NCBI GenBank assembly: GCA_963764715.1
Contig: CAVXTP010000026.1
Coordinates: forward strand, 1 to 64,000
DNA: 64,000 nucleotides
Origin: an uncultured Acidobacteriota bacterium
Lineage (GTDB): Bacteria > Acidobacteriota > Thermoanaerobaculia > UBA5066 > Gp7-AA6
Direction: 5' to 3'
The position numbers and the translations under genes were made by a program. The first letter of the stretch is position 1; each line of letters begins with the position of its first letter. The notes beneath the pieces are model-generated. The model saw nothing but the letters and a program-made list of their open reading frames with translations. It was not told the origin of the DNA and made no database searches. Shown here one piece after another: positions 57,715 to 64,000 of the stretch.

Positions 57715-58655
57715 GGCTCTCCGTCCTTCCATGTCAGCGGCGCGAGGTACACGCCGCCGCGCTCGGCGCCGCAGCGGCTGACGTACCAGTTCCCGTCGAC
57801 GTCCTGAATCACTTCCGCGGCGTGGGCGGGGATGTGCCCGACGCGGTCCTCGACCCGGAACCGGAACGGCTCGGAGCTCGCGAAGACGTCCGTGCCGTCG
57901 AAGACGTCCTTGGCCCCGTCGCGCGGCCCGATGAAGAGGTAGTACTTCGCCCCGCGCTTCACCACGAAGGGCGATTCGGTCGGGCCGCCGTACTTGCCCG
58001 TCGACGGGTCGGTGAAGACCGTGCCGCGCACCGTCCAGCTCGTCATGTCCGGGCTCGTCGCGAACTTGACCACGTGGCTCCCGCCCGACGGAGCGCTCGT
58101 CGCCGTGTAGTACATGGCCCACGCGTCCCCGACGCGCATCACGAACGGGTCCCGGCCGTCGAAGCCGTCGACGACCATCGGGTTCTTCGGGTGGCGGGTC
58201 CAGGTCTTCAGGTCCTTCGAAGTCGCGAGATGGATCTTGTACTTCGTGTGGTCGGCGTCGCCGGCGCAGTAGAACATGTAGTACGTGCCGTCGTGGGCCA
58301 CGACGTGGGGCGCCCAGAGGTGCTCTTCCTTCCAGGGCGCCTGCGGGGCCACCGTCAGCGCGAAGGGCTGCTTCTTCCAGGGCCGCTCGAGAAGGGCCTT
58401 CGAGGTCGCGTGCGCGAAGTAGTCCTCGTCGAGCGCGTCGGACGGCTCGGCGTGGGTGATGCCGAAGAGGTTCCAGGTCCCGTCGGCGCCCCGGACGAAG
58501 CAGTGGTCGTTGATGTACCACTTCTCCTTCTCGCCGACGCTCGGGTCGTAGATCCGGACGAATTCGCCGGCCTCGACGAGAGGTCCGGGCGGCGGAGCGG
58601 CGAGACCGGCCGCGCACGACAGAACGAGACCCGCGAGGACGGCGGCGCTCTTCAT
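57711..58655 (-). CDS. Secreted five-bladed beta-propeller glycoside hydrolase (GH32/GH43-like)
   Basis: WYINDH, LWAPHV, RDP, TESP. Confidence 0.85.
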   Translation of the reverse strand: MKSAAVLAGLVLSCAAGLAAPPPGPLVEAGEFVRIYDPSVGEKEKWYINDHCFVRGADGTWNLFGITHAEPSDALDEDYFAHATSKALLERPWKKQPFALTVAPQAPWKEEHLWAPHVVAHDGTYYMFYCAGDADHTKYKIHLATSKDLKTWTRHPKNPMVVDGFDGRDPFVMRVGDAWAMYYTATSAPSGGSHVVKFATSPDMTSWTVRGTVFTDPSTGKYGGPTESPFVVKRGAKYYLFIGPRDGAKDVFDGTDVFASSEPFRFRVEDRVGHIPAHAAEVIQDVDGNWYVSRCGAERGGVYLAPLTWKDGEP

Positions 58656-58681
58656 GGGCGCCGATCATAAGGCAGCGCGGC

Positions 58682-59518
58682 TCAGCGCGCGGCGAGCCCG
58701 GTCGCGTGCTCCGCGATCTCCCAGAGGCGTGCGGCGTCGGCGTCGTTCGCGCCCGCCTCGGACGGCGGCGCCTCGCGGTACCGATGGAAATACCGGCCGC
58801 TCGGGCCGCCGAGCCCCGGGTCCGACGCGAGGCGCACGACGGGCCCCGCCCCCCGGGCGGGCGGGAGCACGATCTCGCCCAGCCGCGTCAACGCCGCCGG
58901 AACTCCCCGCCAGATCCGCGTCGAGTTCAGGCCGGGGTGCACCGCGCTCGCCGTCACGCCCGGCTCCCGCCGGGCGAGCTCGCGCGTGAAGAGAACCTGC
59001 GCCAGCTTGGAATTCGCGTAGGCCCGGAAGCCCCGGAAGCCGCGCTCGAGCTCGAGGTCGCTCCAGTCGAGCCGGCCCGCCGTGTGGCCGACGGAGCTCA
59101 CGTTGACGACGCGGGGACTCGCCGTCCGCCGGAGCGCCGGCAGCAGGAGCCGCGTCAGCAGGAAGCCGCCGAGGAAGTTCGTCGCCCAGGTCAGCTCGTG
59201 CCCGTCCACGGAGAGGAGCCTCGCGGCGGCGATGATTCCCGCGTTGTTGACGAGAACGTCGAGGCCGGCGTGCGTTTCCGAGAAGCGGGCCGCGGCCGCG
59301 CGCACCGAGTCGAACGAGCCGAGGTCGATCGGGAGCACCTCGGCCTCGCCGCCGGCTCCCGCGATCTCCCGGGCCACGGACGCGCCGCGGGACGGGTCGC
59401 GGACCCCGAGGACGACGCGGGCCCGCATCCGGCCGAGCTGCCGCGCGGTTTCGAGCCCGATGCCGCGGGTGGCGCCGGTGACGAGGACCGTCCGGCCGGC
59501 GAGCGTCGGCCCGTTCAA
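58682..59518 (-). CDS. SDR oxidoreductase (retinol dehydrogenase-like), copy 2
   Basis: TGATRGIG, NNAG, YANSK; TTG start overlapping the upstream TGA. Confidence 0.9.
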   Translation of the reverse strand: MNGPTLAGRTVLVTGATRGIGLETARQLGRMRARVVLGVRDPSRGASVAREIAGAGGEAEVLPIDLGSFDSVRAAAARFSETHAGLDVLVNNAGIIAAARLLSVDGHELTWATNFLGGFLLTRLLLPALRRTASPRVVNVSSVGHTAGRLDWSDLELERGFRGFRAYANSKLAQVLFTRELARREPGVTASAVHPGLNSTRIWRGVPAALTRLGEIVLPPARGAGPVVRLASDPGLGGPSGRYFHRYREAPPSEAGANDADAARLWEIAEHATGLAAR

Positions 59519-60390
59519 GCCGTCGGGGGCCCGGGCACCGGAGTCGGCCGCTCGCCGGCGAGGCCCGTCGCCTGCGCGGCAACCTCCCAGAGCCGCGCGG
59601 CGTCGGCGTCGTTCGCGGCGGCGCGCGTCGGGGCGGCCTCGCGAAAGCGGCTGAAGTAGCGGCCCGTGACGCCGGCGAGCTTCGGATCGGAGGCGAGCCG
59701 CACGACCGGCGCCGCGCCCCGGGCGGCCGGAGGCAGGATCGCGCCGATCAGCCACCGGATCGGGCCCGGCAGCGGCCGCCAGATCTGGGTCGCGATCGCC
59801 CCCGGATGGAGCGCGGTGACGGCGATCCCGGGCTCCCGGCGCGCGAGCTCCCGCGTGAAGAGGATGAGCGCCAGCTTGGTGTTGGCGTACGCGCGATATG
59901 CCCCGTAGCCTCTCTCGAGCTCCAGGTTCCCCCAGTCGATCCGGCCCGTCCGGTGCGCGTCGGATGCGACGTTGACGACCCGGGACCGCGGCGTCCGGCG
60001 GAGCGCGGGCAGCAGGAGCCGCGTCAGCAGGTACGCCCCGAGGAAGTTCGTCTGCCAGGTCCGCTCGTGGCCGTCGTCCGTCGCCTCCCGCCGCGCGACC
60101 GCGGTCCCGGCGTTGTTGACGAGCACGTCGAGGGCCTCGTGCGACCGGAGGTATTGCCGCGCGGCCTCGCGGACCGACGCGAAGGACGAAAAGTCCACCG
60201 GCAGGACCTCGGCGGCGCCGCCCGCGCGGGCGATCTCCTCGGCCACGGCCGCTCCCCGCGCCGCGTCGCGCACGCCGAGAACGACGCGCGCGCCCATCCC
60301 CGCGAGCGCGCGGGCCGTCTCGAGACCGATGCCGCTCGTCGCTCCGGTGACGAGGACCGTCCGGCCGGCCATGGGCCTGGAAGAATTCAT
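59515..60390 (-). CDS. SDR oxidoreductase, copy 1
   Basis: TGATSGIG, NNAG, YANTK. Confidence 0.92.
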   Translation of the reverse strand: MNSSRPMAGRTVLVTGATSGIGLETARALAGMGARVVLGVRDAARGAAVAEEIARAGGAAEVLPVDFSSFASVREAARQYLRSHEALDVLVNNAGTAVARREATDDGHERTWQTNFLGAYLLTRLLLPALRRTPRSRVVNVASDAHRTGRIDWGNLELERGYGAYRAYANTKLALILFTRELARREPGIAVTALHPGAIATQIWRPLPGPIRWLIGAILPPAARGAAPVVRLASDPKLAGVTGRYFSRFREAAPTRAAANDADAARLWEVAAQATGLAGERPTPVPGPPTA

Positions 60391-60458
60391 CCCGCCGGAA
60401 TCCTATCGAAGGGCCCGGCGCGCCGGGGCGCTTAGAATCGCCGGGCCCGGAGGTGGCG

Positions 60459-61919
60459 ATGACGATCCGACGACTCACCGGCGCCCTCGTTCTCGCGGCC
60501 CTCTCCGCCGCGCGGCTCGCCGCGGAGGACCCGTCCGCGGTGGCGAAGGACCCGCGGGTCGTCTCGGCGCTCGAGCTCGCGCGGACCTGGCTCGAGGCCC
60601 AGCGCGCGTACGCGCGGATCCCCGGGATCTCGGCCGCGGTCGTCTACGGCGACGAGACGCTCTGGTCGGGCGGCTTCGGCCTGGCCGACGCGAGCGACGG
60701 CCGGCCGGCGACCGCGGAGACGCTCTACAGCATCTGCTCCCTCTCGAAGCTCTTCACCTCGGTCGCCGTGATGCAGTTGCGCGACGAGGGCAAGCTTCGC
60801 CTCGACGATCCGGTCGCGCGCCACCTGCCCTGGTTCCACCTGAAGTCGACCCGGGGCGAGGGCGAGGTCACGATCGAGGGACTCCTGACGCACGCCTCGG
60901 GCCTTCCCCAGGAGCCCGCGTACCCGTACTGGTCCGCTCCCGACTTCGCCATGCCGACGCGCGAGGAGTTCATCGCCAAAGGCGGATCGATCGACGCGCT
61001 CTACGCCCCCGAGCAGCACTTCCAGTACTCGAACCTGGGCTTCACGCTCCTCGGCGAGATCGTCGCGGCGGAATCCGGGGAGCCGTACGCCGCCCGGGTC
61101 ACGAAGAGCATCCTCGACCCGCTCCGGCTCTCGAGCACGACGCCCGACATTCCGGAAACCGAGCGGGGACGGCGTCTCGCCTCCGGGTACTCGTCGCTCG
61201 ACCGCGAAGGGCGGCGCCAGCCCATCCCCTTCTTCACCATGAAGGGCGTGGCCCCGGCCGCCGGCTACGCTTCCGACGCGGCCGACCTCGCCCGCTTCGC
61301 GTCGTGGCAGCTCCGCCTCCTCGCCCGCGGCGGGACCGACGTGCTGAAGGCGACGACGCTCGCCGAGATGCAGCGCATCCACTGGGTCGAGCCCGACTTC
61401 GAGACGCTCTGGGGCCTCGGGTTCCGGATCTGGAAGAACGACACGAAGCTGCTCGCCGGCCACGAGGGAAGCTGCCCGGGTTATCGCAGCGCCATCCTCG
61501 TCAACGCGGCCGACCGGGTCGGCGTCGTGTTCCTGTCGAACGCGCAGGGCGTCGACTCCCCCGAGTGGGCGATGCGGCTCTACGACATCGTCGGGCCGGC
61601 CGTGGCCGCGGCGGTCAAGGATCCGGCCGGCGCGAAGAAACCGGACCCGGCGCTCACGCGCTACGCCGGCGTCTACGACGCGCAGCCCTGGGCCGGCGAG
61701 GTCGTCATCCTCCCGTGGGAGGACGGGCTCGCCATGCTGGAGCTTCCGACGATGAGCCCCGTGAAAACCCTCGAGCGCCTCAAGAAGTCGGGCGAGGACC
61801 GCTTCCGCCGCGTCCGCAAGGACGGGACGCTCGGCGAGGAGATCGTCTTCGTGATGGGTCCCGACGGCCGGCCCACGCGGTACACGCAGCACAACAACTT
61901 CCTGCGCCGCGTCAAATGA
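60459..61919 (+). CDS. Secreted serine hydrolase (beta-lactamase family)
   Basis: GGAGG RBS; ICSLSK, LLTHASG, FQYSN, HEG. Confidence 0.92.
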   Translation: MTIRRLTGALVLAALSAARLAAEDPSAVAKDPRVVSALELARTWLEAQRAYARIPGISAAVVYGDETLWSGGFGLADASDGRPATAETLYSICSLSKLFTSVAVMQLRDEGKLRLDDPVARHLPWFHLKSTRGEGEVTIEGLLTHASGLPQEPAYPYWSAPDFAMPTREEFIAKGGSIDALYAPEQHFQYSNLGFTLLGEIVAAESGEPYAARVTKSILDPLRLSSTTPDIPETERGRRLASGYSSLDREGRRQPIPFFTMKGVAPAAGYASDAADLARFASWQLRLLARGGTDVLKATTLAEMQRIHWVEPDFETLWGLGFRIWKNDTKLLAGHEGSCPGYRSAILVNAADRVGVVFLSNAQGVDSPEWAMRLYDIVGPAVAAAVKDPAGAKKPDPALTRYAGVYDAQPWAGEVVILPWEDGLAMLELPTMSPVKTLERLKKSGEDRFRRVRKDGTLGEEIVFVMGPDGRPTRYTQHNNFLRRVK

Positions 61920-61922
61920 CAA

Positions 61923-61943
61923 GGGCGGCCGTTCGGGCCGCCC
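61923..61943. terminator. GC hairpin between convergent genes
   Basis: GGGCGGCC-GTTCG-GGCCGCCC; no T tract; resembles the REP core. Confidence 0.4.
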
Positions 61944-61991
61944 TCCGAGCGTTCGGCGCGTCGTCCTCCGACGCGGCCTCCGGCGAAGCCG

Positions 61992-62411
61992 TCAGGGCTT
62001 CTTGTTGGTCCAGCTCTGCTGTGCGACCTTCCAGGCCCCGTTCTCTTCCTCGAGATCGATCGTTCCGTACTGGTCGGCGTCCATCATCCGGCCCGTCGCC
62101 GAGAGCACGGCCTTCTTGCCGTCGACCTTGAGCGCCGTGTACTTGATGTTTTCGGCGACCATGGACTTGAGCATCTCCATGCCCTTCTTGGGATCCATGC
62201 CCATTTCCTTGATCTGCTTGTCGATGCCTTCCGCCGAGGCCTTGGTCATCGACTTCTTGTAACCCTCGAAGTCGCCGGCGTTGACGGCCTTGAGCAGCGT
62301 CTTGTACGCGGCGACCTGCGGGGACTTGGAAATGTCCTGGGCGGCCTGCGCCGCCCCGGCGAGCAGCATTACGGCCACAGCGGTGGCCCCGAACCGGAGA
62401 GCCTTGTGCAT
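61992..62411 (-). CDS. Secreted NTF2-like hypothetical protein (domain B only)
   Basis: AAGGAG RBS, signal peptide; AY..L..AV..GD, VDGKKAVL, EENGAWKV. Confidence 0.8.
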   Translation of the reverse strand: MHKALRFGATAVAVMLLAGAAQAAQDISKSPQVAAYKTLLKAVNAGDFEGYKKSMTKASAEGIDKQIKEMGMDPKKGMEMLKSMVAENIKYTALKVDGKKAVLSATGRMMDADQYGTIDLEEENGAWKVAQQSWTNKKP

Positions 62412-62533
62412 GAAGGGGCTCCTTTCTTTGAGCATAGTCTCGTCGAAAATCGGGTCCCGGGGCCAGCGCCGCCTGCAACCTTTTTCGCCCGGGCCGTGTC
62501 CGGGGAGCCGAACCGAGCCGAAAGGAGTTCTTC

Positions 62534-63019
62534 ATGGCCCAGGCCGCCGAGACCGAAACCTTCGCCGCCGCCGCGCTCCGGACCCTGCTCCGGGAGACCT
62601 TCGAGGGCCCGACCGGCCCCTCGACCTACTACATCGACAACGATCCGAAGGCCGGCCTCCTCGCCGCCCTCGACGGGCTCACGCCGCAGGAGGCGTCGGC
62701 CGCCCCGGCGGCCGGCGGGCCCACGATCGCGGGCCACGCCCACCACGTCGCGTTTCACCTCGAAATGTCGAGCGCGTGGGTGCGCGGCGACCACGCCGAC
62801 CGCGACTGGAAGCAGAGCTGGAAGGTCCGCGAGGTCGACGCGAAGGCCTGGGAGCGCGTCCGGCGCGACGTCCGGGCGAAGTACCAGGACCTCGTCCGGT
62901 CGATCGACGAGCGGCCGAACGCGCAGTCGGAGGACCTGGCGACGTCGATCGGCGCCGTGGCCCACGCCGCGTATCACCTCGGGGCGATCCGGCAGCGGAT
63001 CGCGCTGGCCGCGTCCTAG
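62534..63019 (+). CDS. DinB-like protein
   Basis: TIAGHAHH, AHAAYHLGAIRQ. Confidence 0.8.
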   Translation: MAQAAETETFAAAALRTLLRETFEGPTGPSTYYIDNDPKAGLLAALDGLTPQEASAAPAAGGPTIAGHAHHVAFHLEMSSAWVRGDHADRDWKQSWKVREVDAKAWERVRRDVRAKYQDLVRSIDERPNAQSEDLATSIGAVAHAAYHLGAIRQRIALAAS

Positions 63020-63043
63020 GGGCGGGTTACCGCGGCACCACGC

Positions 63044-63068
63044 GGGCGGCCGCAAGGGCCGCCCCTAC
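63044..63068 (-). repeat. GTAG-family REP copy
   Basis: Reverse complement GTAGGGGCGGCCCTTGCGGCCGCCC, one mismatch from 42616-42640. Confidence 0.8.
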
Positions 63069-63538
63069 GAGGGGGCGTTCCGGCGCCGGTCCCCGAGCCG
63101 GCGCTCCATGACGCGGCGGTCGAAGACGAGGGCGAGGGCCGAGTCGGGGGCTCCGCCGACGCGGCGTTCCCGCTGCCGGCGCTCGGCGCGGCGGCGCTCC
63201 CCGGGAATCACCATGTACGGCGAGGACGCCGGGCCTTCCTCGGCGATCGCGACCTCGAGCTCCGGACGGGTCGTCGGGTCGGAGACGTCCTGCGCGTGCC
63301 AGCCTTCGAGGGCCGCGGTCGGCATGTCGCGGGTCGCGTTGACGGCCGCCACGATGCGCCGGGCGTCGGCGTAGCTCCGGCCGCGGACGACGATCGCGCC
63401 GGCGGCGTCGCGGATGTAGCGGCCTTCCTGTCTCCAGGGCTCCGGCGAATGGTAGGCGTCGAGCTCTTCTTCGGGAAAGGGTTCGGTTCCGTCTTCGGTG
63501 CCGGGTGGGGATGTCATCGGGTCGGTGCTGACCCTCAT
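63065..63538 (-). CDS. Hypothetical protein with tandem (E/D)RR motifs
   Basis: HSPEPW...ADARRIVAAVNA; ERRRAERRQRERR and DRRVMERRLGDRRR; start 63538 or 63517. Confidence 0.65.
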   Translation of the reverse strand: MRVSTDPMTSPPGTEDGTEPFPEEELDAYHSPEPWRQEGRYIRDAAGAIVVRGRSYADARRIVAAVNATRDMPTAALEGWHAQDVSDPTTRPELEVAIAEEGPASSPYMVIPGERRRAERRQRERRVGGAPDSALALVFDRRVMERRLGDRRRNAPS

Positions 63539-63601
63539 TATGCCGCAACTTCGGCCGGCCGACGCGTGTTGTGACGATCGAAGAGGAGACGAGGAGGGCG
63601 C

Positions 63602-64000
63602 ATGCCGGACTACAAGGTGCTCGCGATATCCGAATCGACCGCCGAGAAGGTCCGAGCGACGCGGAAGTCCCCCGGCTACGGCCACCCGGTCCACGCCGAG
63701 ATCGCGACGGGTAACGGGCCGTGCCGTCTCTGCCTCCGCGACTTCGAGGTCGGCGTCGACCGGAGGTTGCTCTTCACGCTCGACCCGTTCCACGGCCTCG
63801 AGTCCCAGCCGCTCCCGGGCCCCGTCTTCATCCACGAGAACGAGTGCGACCGCCACCCCGAACACGGAGGCTTCCCCGAGGACCTGCTCTCGCACGACCT
63901 GACGGTCACGGCCTACGCCCGCGGCCGGATCCACCGCGGGGAGGAGCGTGTTCCCGGCGACCGGGTCGAGGAGGCGATCGAGCGCCTGCTGGAGCGGCCC
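63602..64000 (+). CDS. DUF1203 domain protein; runs off the window edge
   Basis: Not in ORF track; GAGGAGG RBS; GPCRLCL, PGPVFIH..C. Confidence 0.85.
   Translation, partial: MPDYKVLAISESTAEKVRATRKSPGYGHPVHAEIATGNGPCRLCLRDFEVGVDRRLLFTLDPFHGLESQPLPGPVFIHENECDRHPEHGGFPEDLLSHDLTVTAYARGRIHRGEERVPGDRVEEAIERLLERP

Noticed and set aside
1-64000. Prophage, genomic island or defence system
   Set aside because: No integrase, transposase, phage structural, nuclease, RT or cas genes recognised; composition looks uniform

Overview
Very GC-rich, densely coding bacterial chromosomal segment. Four ADOP-type duplicated orphan ABC permeases and three PadR-family regulators point to Acidobacteriota (inference from gene families). 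About 57 genes, mostly secreted hydrolases and peptidases (3 SxxK serine hydrolases, prolyl oligopeptidase, M3 peptidase, GGT, alkaline phosphatase, MBL, glycoside hydrolase), detox or stress proteins (3 DinB, VOC, OsmC, SDRs), transport (RND pair, Na+/H+ antiporter) and DNA repair (Xth, stand-alone Ada Zn domain, UDG-like). I saw no rRNA, tRNA, CRISPR array, integrase or transposase. Most long ORFs in the supplied track are GC-driven shadow frames. Main observations: (1) the cytoplasmic N-terminal prefix domain occurs only in the two ADOPs translationally coupled to a PadR, while the two prefix-less ADOPs have ECF-like or sigma54-like promoters, suggesting a PadR/permease signalling pair; (2) each PadR has its own 15-bp palindrome of the same geometry; (3) a dispersed, modular two-domain family of secreted proteins that I cannot name (A-only, A+B, A+B, B-only); (4) two REP-like repeat families, two deleted-gene remnants, many apparently leaderless genes, and indels that may be read errors. 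All calls come from reading motifs by eye; no searches were run.
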